From Actinomycetota bacterium (GTDB lineage: Bacteria > Actinomycetota > CALGFH01): DNA of 64,000 nucleotides. Position numbers and translations under genes: made by a program. The notes beneath the pieces were generated by a model. That model had not been told where the DNA came from. It saw only the letters and a program-made list of their open reading frames with translations, and searched no databases. The stretch lies in NCBI GenBank assembly GCA_035535495.1, contig DATLQA010000272.1:15452-79451 (forward strand), written 5' to 3'. Each line of letters opens with the position of its first letter. The first letter of the stretch is position 1. Shown here piece by piece: positions 18,222 to 27,766 of the stretch.

Positions 18222-18905
18222 ATGGAGCCGAGCCGCGGGCGGCAGGTGCTCGCCGCCGTCAGCGTCGCCGCCGTCCTGGTGGCGGTCGTCGCCGTGGTGG
18301 TGGCGGTGGCCGTGGTCAACGCCGACCGGCTCCGGGGCGGCCAGGAGCGATCCGAGGTGCGCCGCTTCACCGCCAGCATGCGCCAGCCCATGGGCGACCT
18401 GGCGGCGCTGGCCGACGGCGGGCTCGACGGCCAGCCCGGCTTCTCCGCCGCCAGGCAGCTGCTCGGCCGCCAGCCGGACGGCGGGGTGCTCGACCGCCAG
18501 GCGGTCGCGTGGGAGGACCAGCTCCGTCAGACCGGCTTCGAGGTCGGGAAGGTCAGCGTCGGGCCTGGCGAGCTGTTCTCGCCGGGCACCGGGCGGCAGC
18601 GCAACTCGGTCGGCGGGCGGGTCCGGTCGCTCAGCTCCGTCCGTGACAACTACGAGGCGGCCGTCGGCCTGTACATCGCCACCGCGCACTTGTGGCGGCT
18701 CGCCGCGGCCGCGCCACGCGGCGGTGAGCTGCGCGCCAGCCTGATCTTCGAGGCGGTCGCCATGCAGGAGCGCGGCCAGGTCGCCCTGAACACCGCCGCC
18801 ATGGAGCTGCTCCAGCTCCACGACCGGTACCGCCTCGACGTGCGCCAGCGCATGCCGGGCGAGTCGGTCCTGTCCTACCGCAACCGCTACCGCGACGCGC
18901 CCTGA
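18222..18905 (+). CDS. Hypothetical membrane-anchored protein
   Basis: Single N-terminal TM (VLAAVSVAAVLVAVVAVVVAVAVV) then a helical domain; coding-like frame; no motif recognised. Confidence 0.55.
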   Translation: MEPSRGRQVLAAVSVAAVLVAVVAVVVAVAVVNADRLRGGQERSEVRRFTASMRQPMGDLAALADGGLDGQPGFSAARQLLGRQPDGGVLDRQAVAWEDQLRQTGFEVGKVSVGPGELFSPGTGRQRNSVGGRVRSLSSVRDNYEAAVGLYIATAHLWRLAAAAPRGGELRASLIFEAVAMQERGQVALNTAAMELLQLHDRYRLDVRQRMPGESVLSYRNRYRDAP

Positions 18906-19735
18906 GTCCGGGTCCGGCCCGGATGTGGCGCGGCGGTCAGCAGCCAGGTGCGGGCGCTGGCCAGGGCGGCGATCAGGTAGGCCACCGGGCGCAGCGGCAC
19001 CGGGAACGGCAGCTCGCGGGCGGCACGCCAGCGCAGGGCGATCACCCCGGCGCCACGGCGGCGGCGGTCGGTGCCGGCGGCGAAGAACTGGCCGGGATGG
19101 ACGCGCTTGACCGCCAGCGGGGTGTCCAGGTTGGCCAGGCGCCAGCGGGCGGCGAGGCGCAGCAGGGCGTCGTTGTCGATGCCGCTGCTCACGGCCGGGT
19201 CGAAGCCGCCGATGTCGGCCAGCGCGGCGGCCCGGTAGGTGACCGAGCTGTGGAACATCGGGTTGCGCACCAGGAAGGCGAGCCGGATGGCGGCGTCGCT
19301 GCGGGGCAGCCGGCGGGTGGCGCGCCGGCCGGTCGCTCCGAGCAGGGGCTGGACGGCCGAGCCGACCGCGCCGACACGCGGGTTGGCGTCCAGGAAGCGC
19401 ACCGGTAGCGCCAGACGTCCGGGCAGGGCGAGGTCGTCGGCGTCCAGCACCGCCAGGTACCGGCCACGGGCCAGGGCCACGGCGTGGTTGAGCGCGGCCA
19501 CCCGGCCCTGGTGGGCGAGGCGGACCAGGCGCAGCCGGGGGTCCGGACGGCCGGCGACGGCGGCGGCGCTGCCATCGGTCGAGCCGTCGTCGACCACCAG
19601 CAGCTCGAAGTCGCGGTAGTCCTGCGCCAGCAGGCTGTCGACCGCGTCCTGGACGAAGGGGCGGTGGTTGAACACGGTCATGACCACGCTGACCGCTGGC
19701 GCGGGGCGGGCGGTGGCCGGGTCAGGTGGCGGCAC
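18887..19735 (-). CDS. Glycosyltransferase family 2
   Basis: VSVVMTVFNHRPFV, VVDDGSTDGS, LDADD, NPMFHSSV; GTG start overlaps the upstream stop. Confidence 0.9.
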   Translation of the reverse strand: MPPPDPATARPAPAVSVVMTVFNHRPFVQDAVDSLLAQDYRDFELLVVDDGSTDGSAAAVAGRPDPRLRLVRLAHQGRVAALNHAVALARGRYLAVLDADDLALPGRLALPVRFLDANPRVGAVGSAVQPLLGATGRRATRRLPRSDAAIRLAFLVRNPMFHSSVTYRAAALADIGGFDPAVSSGIDNDALLRLAARWRLANLDTPLAVKRVHPGQFFAAGTDRRRRGAGVIALRWRAARELPFPVPLRPVAYLIAALASARTWLLTAAPHPGRTRTQGASR

Positions 19736-21098
19736 CGGTGGGCTCCCGCCGGCTCGGCGGCACCGGCGCCGCAGCCTCCTGGTCGGCCGGCTCGGCGGCG
19801 GCCTCGGCCTGGTGGGCGGCCACACAGACCAGCGCGAACAGCATCCACATGTGGCGGAAGTGGTAGGTCTCGTGGGCCAGGCCGAAGATCAGGTTGGCCC
19901 AGACGGCGCCGGCCAGGGCACGGTGGGTGGCGCGGCCGCTTCCCCCGGCCACCAGCAGCCGCCCGCTCCAGCGCACCAGGATCAGGCAGAACGCGAGGTA
20001 GGCGACCAGGCCGAGCACGCCGCGCTCGATGGTCACGCTGAGGTAGTCGTTGTGCGTGCTGGAGCGCGCCACGCCCTTGGGGTTGAGCAGGTTCAGGCTG
20101 ACGAACTGGCCCGGCCCGATGCCGAGCGCCACGTGCGGGGAGGCCGCTTCCCAGGTCTGCCGCCAGATCTCGAGCCGGTCCTCCAGACCGCGGTCGGTGC
20201 GGCCGAGGGTGCTGCCGAGCGGGCTGCCCTGGCGCTCGTCGCTGAACACCCGGAAGGGGCTGGGGCGGCCAGCCTGCCACTCGATCAGCGCCCCGCTCCC
20301 GACCACCAGCAGCACGACCAGCAGCAGCAGGGCGCCGACCAGGCCCTGCATCTGCTCGCGGGTGCGGCCGCGGCGGAACAGGGCGCCGATCCCGAGCACG
20401 GCCAGGCCGATCAGGAGCCCGGAGATGCCGCCGTTGGAGCCGGTCAGCCAGATTCCCCACAGCAGCCACCCGGCGGCCAGCAGGCGCAGCGGCCTGGCGC
20501 GGGGCCACGGCGAGGCGAGCAGCACGAAGAACGAGGTCACCAGGTAGCTGCCGAGCAGGTTGGGATTGCCGCTGGTGCCGGCCGGACGGGACCCCTGGAC
20601 GCCGACGACCGGCAGCTCCTGCGGCAGCACGTGGACGGCGACCAGGATGGGAAGGCAGGTCCACGCGAGCGCGGCCAGCACCCAGACGACCAGGATGCGG
20701 TCCAGGCCCCTCCGGTCGTCGGCCAGGTCGTTGGACACGCCGAAGAACAGCAGGATCAGGTAGATCTCGATCAACAGGGTGAGGATGCCGAGGCCGACGT
20801 CCTCGGAGGCGAGGGTGGCGATCACCCCGGCGGCGAGGAACAGCAGCAGGGCCGGCCCGGCGGGGCGCACCAGCCTCCGGCCGGTGCGGGGGAGCGCGAC
20901 CATCGCGACCAGCAGGTAGACGATCGCCAGGGCGTCGACCGGCGCGGTGTTGCCCGGCCCCTTCGGCACCAGCAGCGGCAGCGCCGCGACCGCCAGCCCG
21001 AGGACGAACAGGTGCAGGTGGCCGGCGCGGAAGCTGAACAGCGCCCGGATCCGGCCGGTGGCGGGACGCTCGGCGGGCGGCGGCGAGCTGCGGCGCAT
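19722..21098 (-). CDS. O-antigen ligase/Wzy polymerase family membrane protein
   Basis: Multi-TM; GTSGNPNLLG, LTGSNGG, RLEIW...LGIGPG, HNDYL, RHMW. Confidence 0.85.
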   Translation of the reverse strand: MRRSSPPPAERPATGRIRALFSFRAGHLHLFVLGLAVAALPLLVPKGPGNTAPVDALAIVYLLVAMVALPRTGRRLVRPAGPALLLFLAAGVIATLASEDVGLGILTLLIEIYLILLFFGVSNDLADDRRGLDRILVVWVLAALAWTCLPILVAVHVLPQELPVVGVQGSRPAGTSGNPNLLGSYLVTSFFVLLASPWPRARPLRLLAAGWLLWGIWLTGSNGGISGLLIGLAVLGIGALFRRGRTREQMQGLVGALLLLVVLLVVGSGALIEWQAGRPSPFRVFSDERQGSPLGSTLGRTDRGLEDRLEIWRQTWEAASPHVALGIGPGQFVSLNLLNPKGVARSSTHNDYLSVTIERGVLGLVAYLAFCLILVRWSGRLLVAGGSGRATHRALAGAVWANLIFGLAHETYHFRHMWMLFALVCVAAHQAEAAAEPADQEAAAPVPPSRREPTGAAT

Positions 21099-22069
21099 CA
21101 GACTCCCGTCTTGGCCGCCGACCTCTGGCGGCGGGCGATCCATGCTGCCTCGCTGGCGATCCCGTCGGCAAGGTCGACTTCGGGCCGGTAGCCGAGCAGG
21201 GCCTCCGCCCGGGTGCCGTCGGCGCCGGTGTGGCGGGCGTCGCCCGCCTGGGCCGGCTGGTGCACCACCCGCAGGCGCCGGCCGGTGGCGCGCCCGACCA
21301 GGTCGAGGACCTCGTCGAGGGTGACCCGGCGTCCACCCCCGACGTTGACCACCTCGCCGGCTGGCGCGGCCATCGCCAGCAGGTTGGCCCTGACCACGTC
21401 GGCGACGTGGGTGAAGTCGCGGGTCTGCTGACCGTCGCCGTAGACGGTGATCGGCGCGCGGGCGTAGGCCGCCTCCAGGAAGCGACGGAAACCCATGTCA
21501 GGGCGTTGCCTCGGCCAGTAGACGGTGAAGTAGCGCAGGGTGGTCACGGTCAGGTCGCTCACCGCCGGCTGCGCGTACGCCAGGCAGAGGTGCTCACTGG
21601 CCAGCTTGGTGACGCCGTAGGGGGAGACCGGGCGGGTGGCGGAGCTCTCGGTGGTGGGGTAGGTGGGCGCGTCGCCGTACACGCTGGAGGAGGACGCGGC
21701 CACCAGGTGGGGCACGCCCACGCGCGTGCAGGCCTCAAGGAGCCGCTGCGTGGCGATGATGTTGTGGCGCACGTAGAGGCCGAAATCGGCGCCCCAGGAG
21801 TGGCGCACCCCGGGCTGCGCGGCCTGGTGGAACACCACCGCCGCGCCGTCCAGGAGGTCGTCGAGGTGCAGCTCGCCGAGGTCGCCGTCGACCAGCTCGA
21901 AGCTGGGGTGGCCGGCCAGCTCGGCCAGGTTGGCGCGCTTCTCGGCGGGAGCGTAGTAGGGCGTGAAGGCGTCGATCCCGACCACCTCGTGGCCGGCCGC
22001 GACCAGCCCTTCGGCCAGGTGCGAGCCGATGAAGCCGGCCGCGCCGGTGACCACCACGTGGCCGTTCAC
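21098..22069 (-). CDS. NAD-dependent UDP-sugar epimerase (GalE/UDP-glucuronate 4-epimerase-like)
   Basis: VVTGAAGFIGSHL, HQAAQPGVR, SSSSVYG, YGVTK, LRYFTVY, RDFTHVAD. Confidence 0.9.
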   Translation of the reverse strand: MNGHVVVTGAAGFIGSHLAEGLVAAGHEVVGIDAFTPYYAPAEKRANLAELAGHPSFELVDGDLGELHLDDLLDGAAVVFHQAAQPGVRHSWGADFGLYVRHNIIATQRLLEACTRVGVPHLVAASSSSVYGDAPTYPTTESSATRPVSPYGVTKLASEHLCLAYAQPAVSDLTVTTLRYFTVYWPRQRPDMGFRRFLEAAYARAPITVYGDGQQTRDFTHVADVVRANLLAMAAPAGEVVNVGGGRRVTLDEVLDLVGRATGRRLRVVHQPAQAGDARHTGADGTRAEALLGYRPEVDLADGIASEAAWIARRQRSAAKTGV

Positions 22070-22980
22070 CGGGCCTCGCCGTCCAGCCGCGCGCGCAGCT
22101 CCACCAGGGCGTCGGCAGGGACGGCGACGTTGCCGCCGGCGCCCCGGCCGAGGGCGATGCCCGGCTTGTGGCTGCCGTGGTAGTCCGATCCGCCGGTGAC
22201 CAGCAGCCCGCGGCGCTCCGCCTGCCCGGCCCAGCGGCGCTGCTCGTCGCGGTCGTGCTGCGGGTGCCAGGCCTCGAGGCCGTCGGCCCCGGCCTCGAGG
22301 CACGCCGCCAGCACCCGGTCGCGGGTGATCGCGGGCAGCCGTCCGGGGTGGGCCACCACCGCCACCCCGCCGGCGGCGTGGACCAGGCGCACCGCCTCGG
22401 CCACCGGCAGCGACGGGGCCGGCACGTAGGCCGGGCGGCCAGGGCCGAGCCAGCGCTCGAAGGCGTCGGCCACGTCGGCCACCACACCGTTGGCGACCAG
22501 CGCCCTGGCGAAGTGGGCGCGGGACACCGCCGCCTCGCCGGCCAGCGCCGCGGCGTCGTCGTAACCGACCCCGGTGAGCACCCTCAGCCGCCGGCCGATG
22601 GCCCGGTTGCGCCCGCCCCTGCCGGCCCGGACGGCCGCGCAGCGGACCTCGATGCCGGCCGCCGCCAGCCCGCTGCCGTAGGCCAGCAGGTGGACCACCT
22701 CGCCTTCGGCCTCGGTGGTGAGCTCGCAGCCGGTCAGCACCTCGACGCCGAGCCGGCGCCCCAGGCTGCCGGCCGACTCGACCGACGCCAGGGTGTCGTG
22801 GTCGGTGACGGCGAGCACGCCGACGCCGGCCCTGGCCGCCGCGGCGACCAGCGCCTCGGGCGTGTCGCTGCCGTCCGAGGCGTGGGTGTGGCAGTGCAGG
22901 TCCACCAGCGGCGCCCTGGTGGGCCGGTGGCGCGCGGCCTGCTCCACCCAGGCGGTGGCGAACCCGGCCGGCATCGGCAT
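22066..22980 (-). CDS. PHP-domain phosphoesterase (TrpH/YciV-like; candidate PAP phosphatase)
   Basis: DLHCHTHASDG, VTDHDT, GCEL, VHLLAY, AHP, GGSDYHG. Confidence 0.88.
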   Translation of the reverse strand: MPMPAGFATAWVEQAARHRPTRAPLVDLHCHTHASDGSDTPEALVAAAARAGVGVLAVTDHDTLASVESAGSLGRRLGVEVLTGCELTTEAEGEVVHLLAYGSGLAAAGIEVRCAAVRAGRGGRNRAIGRRLRVLTGVGYDDAAALAGEAAVSRAHFARALVANGVVADVADAFERWLGPGRPAYVPAPSLPVAEAVRLVHAAGGVAVVAHPGRLPAITRDRVLAACLEAGADGLEAWHPQHDRDEQRRWAGQAERRGLLVTGGSDYHGSHKPGIALGRGAGGNVAVPADALVELRARLDGEAR

Positions 22981-22984
22981 GGCG

Positions 22985-23596
22985 TCAGCCGAGCGCGTCG
23001 AGTCGCGCGGCAATCTCGTCCTCCTCGATGGCGATGTAGAGGTCGCCAGGCTTGGTCAGCCCGAGCCGCTCCAGCGTGTCGATGACCTGCTCGGCCGAGC
23101 GCTCCACCGGCTCCCGATCGGTGTGCGCCACCAGCTCCGGGTCCTCCGGGGCCTCGTACGGATCGGAGACGCCGGTGAAGTTGGCGATCTCGCCGGCGAT
23201 CGCCTTGGCGTAGAGGCCCTTCGGGTCCCGCTCGGCGCAGGTCTCCAGCGGCGCGTCGACGAACACCTCGACGAAGTTCGGCACGGCGGCGCGGACCTTG
23301 GCGCGCGCCTCCCGGTAGGGCGAGATCGCGGCCACCACCACCGCCACGCCGTGCTTGGCGAGCTTGCCCGCCACGTAGCCGATGCGGGCGATGTTGGTGT
23401 CGCGGTCGGCCCGGCTGAAGCCGAGACCCTGGCACAGGTTGGTGCGGACCTCGTCGCCGTCGAGCAGCTCGACCCGGTGGCCACGGTCGGCGAGCGCGAC
23501 CGTGACGGTGCGGGCGAGGGTCGACTTGCCCGCACCGGAGAGGCCGGTGAGCCAGAGCACGAAGCCCGGTGAGTCGGACCAGGACTGTCCCGTCAT
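22985..23596 (-). CDS. cysC: Adenylyl-sulfate kinase
   Basis: [51 protein letters not shown]. Confidence 0.96.
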   Translation of the reverse strand: MTGQSWSDSPGFVLWLTGLSGAGKSTLARTVTVALADRGHRVELLDGDEVRTNLCQGLGFSRADRDTNIARIGYVAGKLAKHGVAVVVAAISPYREARAKVRAAVPNFVEVFVDAPLETCAERDPKGLYAKAIAGEIANFTGVSDPYEAPEDPELVAHTDREPVERSAEQVIDTLERLGLTKPGDLYIAIEEDEIAARLDALG

Positions 23597-24786
23597 GCCA
23601 GTGCCTTTCCGTTCCGCCCGTTGGTGCCTTCCTGGTAGGCCTCGGTGAGCACCGCCGCCACCTCGGGGCGGGAGAACTCCGGCGGGGGCAGCTCGCCGGC
23701 GACCAGCATGGCCCGCACCTGCGTGCCCGACAGGCTCACGTGCGCGTCACCCGGGTGCGGGCAGGTCTTGGCGGTGGCCATGGCGCCGCAGGTACGGCAG
23801 AAGAAGGCGTTGTCGAACAGCAGCGGGGTGATGCCGAGCTCCTCGGGGGGGAGCGAGGCGATCAGCTCCTGCGCCTCGTAGGTGCCGTAGTAGGCGCCGA
23901 CGCCGGCGTGGTCCCGCCCGACGATGAAATGGGTGCAGCCGTGGTTCTTGCGGACCAGCGCATGCAGCACCGCCTCCCGCGGTCCCGCGTAGCGCATCGG
24001 CGCCACCAGGGCGGCCAGCACCACCCGCTCGGCCGGGAAGTACGACAGCACCGCCTCGTAGGCGCGCAGCCGCACCTCGACCGGGACGTCACCTTCCTTG
24101 GTCGGGCCGACCAGGGGGTGGAGGAGCAGCCCGTCGCACACCTCCAGGGCGCACTTGAGCAGGTACTCGTGGGCACGGTGCACCGGGTTGCGGGTCTGGA
24201 ACGCGGCGATCCGGCCCCAGCCGCGCTCGGCGAAGGCTGCCCGCGTCTGGGCCGGGGTCAGCGCGTAGGAGCCCGCCGGCCCGCCGGCCGGTCCCATGAC
24301 CGCCCGCACCGGGCCGGCGACCGCTCTGGCCGGGCTTTGCAGCACCCTGGCCACCCCGGGGTGGGCCGGGTCGTCGGTGCCGTAGACGAGCTTGGCCTCG
24401 CGCTCGCGGTCGCGGTCGAAGACCTCGGTGACCTCGAGCACACCCACCAGGCGGCCCTCCGCCTCGCGCAGGGCGAGGAGGCCGCCGCGGAACTCGGCGT
24501 CGTCGGGGAGCCCGAGGCAGACCGGGATCGGCCAGATGGCGCCGTCGTCGGTGCGCATCGCCTCGGCGCAGGCCTCGTGTGCCGCCCGGCCCATGAAGCC
24601 CTCGAGCGGGCTGTAGGCCCCGGTGGCGATCGCCCGCAGGTCCGCCGCCTCGGCCGGGGTGAGCCGCAGCGCTGGCAGCCGCTCGGCCGCCTCGCGATCG
24701 TCAGGGTCCAGCCACCGCTCCACCAAGCGGCCGCCGTGGGGCCGTGCCGGCCCGCCGTTCGTTGCCGTCTCCAGCCTGATCGTCAC
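23593..24786 (-). CDS. sat: Sulfate adenylyltransferase (Sat type)
   Basis: [54 protein letters not shown]; GGAGG RBS before GTG 24786. Confidence 0.95.
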   Translation of the reverse strand: MTIRLETATNGGPARPHGGRLVERWLDPDDREAAERLPALRLTPAEAADLRAIATGAYSPLEGFMGRAAHEACAEAMRTDDGAIWPIPVCLGLPDDAEFRGGLLALREAEGRLVGVLEVTEVFDRDREREAKLVYGTDDPAHPGVARVLQSPARAVAGPVRAVMGPAGGPAGSYALTPAQTRAAFAERGWGRIAAFQTRNPVHRAHEYLLKCALEVCDGLLLHPLVGPTKEGDVPVEVRLRAYEAVLSYFPAERVVLAALVAPMRYAGPREAVLHALVRKNHGCTHFIVGRDHAGVGAYYGTYEAQELIASLPPEELGITPLLFDNAFFCRTCGAMATAKTCPHPGDAHVSLSGTQVRAMLVAGELPPPEFSRPEVAAVLTEAYQEGTNGRNGKALA

Positions 24787-24972
24787 GTGACTTCGTCCTC
24801 CAGATCTCGCCAGGTCGAAATGGGCGGACATGACCGAGCTTATGAACCGTGCCACCGCACGCCGAGGCTCGATCGCCGTACCTGCCGCTACGGCGCGGAC
24901 AGTACGCCTTGCTTGGCCAGGTCACGGGGCGTGCCCGGGGTTCGGGGGCTCATGGAGCGAAGCGGTAGCCCC

Positions 24973-26682
24973 TTACCTGCGTTCGCCAAGCCGCTCCCTG
25001 GGTTTCGACCCGTTGGCCCCCAGATTCTGGGTGGGCTGGTGGCGCTTGCCGTCGTTGGCCTGCACCGCTTCGATCAGCCCTTTGTCGCCGTAGCCGTACC
25101 CGTAGCCGTAGCGGAGCGTGCCGAGCGGGCGGAGGCTGCGGGTCCCGACCAGGACGGCGCCGACCTCGTGGACCTGGTCGCGGCGGAAGCCCTCGGCGGC
25201 CTGCTGGATCGCCGTCCAGCGGCTGATCCCGGACCGCGCCACCAGCACGGTCCCGTCGGCCACCCCGGCGAGGGTGAGCGCGTCGGCCGAGAAGTGGGCG
25301 GGGGGCGTGTCGAGCAGCACGGTGATGTCGGTGGTGCGCAGCGTGATCAGCATCTGGCGGAGCTTGTCGGTCACCAGCAGCTCGCCGGGGTTGCGGCTGG
25401 GGTTGCCGGCGGGGAGGACCAGCAGGTTGTCCGCCACCGAGATGAACATCGACAGCACGTCGTGCCGTTCGCCCTGCAGCAGCTCGGCCAGGCCGGGCTG
25501 GCCCTGGATGCCGAGGAGCTTGTCGATCCCGGGGCGGCGCAGGTCGCTGGAGACCAGCAGCACCTGCCGTCCCTGGCGGGCCAGGGCGTGGCCGAGGTTG
25601 ACGGCGAGGGTGGACTTGCCCTCGCCGGGGTCGGCCGAGGTGATCGCGAGCACCCGGACGTCGTCGCAGAGGCCGTGGCGGAGCAGCGCGGCCGCGACCC
25701 GGCGGTAGCCCTCGGCCGCCAGGCTGAACGGCGCGTTGACCACCGGGACCCGGCCCTTGCGGATACCGGCCCGCGCGACCGTGGCCAGCACCGGCAGCTC
25801 GGTGGCCGTCTCGACGTCCTCCGGGCTGACGATCTTGGGCGTGGCCGACTCCACCATCAGGGCGATCGCGATGCCGACGAGCAGCCCGAGCAGCAGCCCG
25901 ATCACCAGCGAGGCGACCCGCCCGATGGGGGCGATCGCGGTGGTGAGAAACGGCTCGCCGAGCACGGCGGTCGAGGCGCCGAGGACGATCTGCTTCTCGC
26001 GGACCGCGCTGATCCGTCCCATCAGCGCGGTGTAGTCGTTCTGGGCGAGCTTGAGCAGGGTGGCGGTGCCGGTCTTCGGCGCGGTGCGGACCGGCCCGGC
26101 GGTGGCCTCCCTGTCCGCCTGGTCGGAGAGCTGCTGGATCCTGCGTTCCAGGGCGCGGCGCTGAAGCTCGTAGTTGGTCAGGATCGATCTGACGTGGTTG
26201 GCGTCCTCGGTGTTGCGGCGGGTCGTCCAGAGCCTGGCGTAGCTCCGCGCCACCGCCACCGCCCGGTCGCCGATGCGGTCGACGTAGACCAGGTCGACCA
26301 GGTTGGTGCCGGCGACCGGGGCGGCGCTCAAGCCCTTCAGCAGGGTGGCGGCGTCCAGGGTGCCGCGCGCCGGGCCCAGGCCGTCGAGCACCTGCTGGGC
26401 GACCGCGACGTCGTTGAGCGGGTCAGAGATGACCGCGTCCTTGGCGGGGTCGGCCACGGGGGCCTGCGCGGCGATCGCGTCCGAGGTGGTCTGCCCGACC
26501 CGCATGCGCACGGAGGCCTTCTGGGTCCCGCGGTTCGCCAGGGCGTTCGGCAGGACGGTCGTCCCGAGGGCCAGCCCGGCGCCCAGCGCGACCAGGACGA
26601 CGAGCTTCCGTCGCCAGATCGAGCGGCCGTAGTCGGCCATCGTCGGGGCGGTGCGCCGCGAGCGGTCTCGGTCAGGGGGCAT
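24973..26682 (-). CDS. Polysaccharide co-polymerase / tyrosine autokinase (Wzz-Wzc/CpsD-CapB fusion)
   Basis: Two TM segments flanking a coiled coil, AEGYRR, Walker A TSADPGEGKST, DLRRPG, LDTPP, C-terminal Tyr cluster RYGYGYGYG. Confidence 0.9.
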   Translation of the reverse strand: MPPDRDRSRRTAPTMADYGRSIWRRKLVVLVALGAGLALGTTVLPNALANRGTQKASVRMRVGQTTSDAIAAQAPVADPAKDAVISDPLNDVAVAQQVLDGLGPARGTLDAATLLKGLSAAPVAGTNLVDLVYVDRIGDRAVAVARSYARLWTTRRNTEDANHVRSILTNYELQRRALERRIQQLSDQADREATAGPVRTAPKTGTATLLKLAQNDYTALMGRISAVREKQIVLGASTAVLGEPFLTTAIAPIGRVASLVIGLLLGLLVGIAIALMVESATPKIVSPEDVETATELPVLATVARAGIRKGRVPVVNAPFSLAAEGYRRVAAALLRHGLCDDVRVLAITSADPGEGKSTLAVNLGHALARQGRQVLLVSSDLRRPGIDKLLGIQGQPGLAELLQGERHDVLSMFISVADNLLVLPAGNPSRNPGELLVTDKLRQMLITLRTTDITVLLDTPPAHFSADALTLAGVADGTVLVARSGISRWTAIQQAAEGFRRDQVHEVGAVLVGTRSLRPLGTLRYGYGYGYGDKGLIEAVQANDGKRHQPTQNLGANGSKPRERLGERR

Positions 26683-26739
26683 GTGCGCTCCAGTCGCCGG
26701 CCAGTCGGTGCCGGGATCGTGCGTTCGTCGGGTCAGGGC

Positions 26740-27393
26740 TCACGGAGTCGCGCTCAGCTCGGGCACGTACTGCATCGCGAACGTCGCCGCCTCGAGCTTC
26801 GAGTGCATGTCCAGCTTCTCCAGGATGTTCTGGATGTGGGTGCGGACGGTGTGGGGGCTGATGAACAGCTCATGCCCGATCTGCGCATTGTCCCACCCAC
26901 GGCGCAGCAGGAGGAGCACCTGCCGCTCGCGGGGCGACAGCCGGGACAGCGGCGAGTCGGCGGCGCTCTTCTGCAGCTCCACCAGGCGCTTGAACAGGGT
27001 GGGGAGCATCGCGCGGGGGACCACGCCCTCGCCGTCAAGGGCCGCCTGGATGGTGCGGAGCACGGTGCGCGCGCCGCTGGTCTTGGTCACCACCGCCGGC
27101 GCGCCGGCCCGCACGGCCGCCACCACCAGGTCGAGGCCGGCCTCCTGGGCGAGGATCACCACCTTGACGTCCGGCTGCCTGGCCAGCAGCTTCTCGACCA
27201 GGGTCGGCCGGCGATCCAGCGCCAGGCTCGCGTCGACCAGCACCAGCTCGGGGCGGAGCCGCCCGACCTGGTCGACCAGGTCCTCGGCCGACGAGGTCTG
27301 GCCCACCACCAGGTGGTCGCTCTGCTTGTCGAGCAGTGCACGGAGCGCTTCGTTGAAGAGAGGTTGACTGTCCGCGAGCAACACTCGAGCCAT
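26740..27393 (-). CDS. NarL/LuxR-family response regulator with atypical receiver
   Basis: Receiver fold (RVLLADS, LVLVDA), C-terminal LSPRERQVL...GWDNAQIGHELFISPHTVRTHIQNILEKL; GGAGG RBS. Confidence 0.9.
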   Translation of the reverse strand: MARVLLADSQPLFNEALRALLDKQSDHLVVGQTSSAEDLVDQVGRLRPELVLVDASLALDRRPTLVEKLLARQPDVKVVILAQEAGLDLVVAAVRAGAPAVVTKTSGARTVLRTIQAALDGEGVVPRAMLPTLFKRLVELQKSAADSPLSRLSPRERQVLLLLRRGWDNAQIGHELFISPHTVRTHIQNILEKLDMHSKLEAATFAMQYVPELSATP

Positions 27394-27766
27394 CCGCGTC
27401 CTCCGTCCCCGGCCCGACAGCCGTCCCGCCCGGCCGGGCGAGACGTACAGCGAGTACCAAGCGTGGGCATAGCGCCGGACAGTGCGCATACGCTCACGCA
27501 GTAGATCGGGCTACGATGAGCGAGCGATTTTCCCGCTCTGCCTGGTACATGCGCACCAGCAGGTGTTCGCGCCACCGCGCCGACCAGCGGAATCGGCGAC
27601 AATCATGCAGGTGTTGTAGGCGAAGCCCCCCCACCCGTCGATGGGCGCGATCCGCTGATGCGACCACCATCGGATGCGGTTGTCAGTCAGACGACGTTGA
27701 CGTTCGGGGGGGCATGGTGACGACAATCGGCCGGTCCTGGCACGCACCTGTCGGAGGTGCGCTGAC

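Noticed and set aside
24893-27487. Shared CGGACAGT(A/G)CGC motif upstream of sat (24893-24907) and the LuxR gene (27472-27487)
   Set aside because: Only two short, GC-rich, non-palindromic instances; cannot be distinguished from chance without more promoters.
23569-27504. 1311-aa plus-strand ORF and similar long ORFs (13819-16779, 36338-38650, 5866-7707, 58423-60690)
   Set aside because: They are antisense shadows of well-supported genes. High GC3 leaves the opposite frame stop-free, and the translations have no family motifs.
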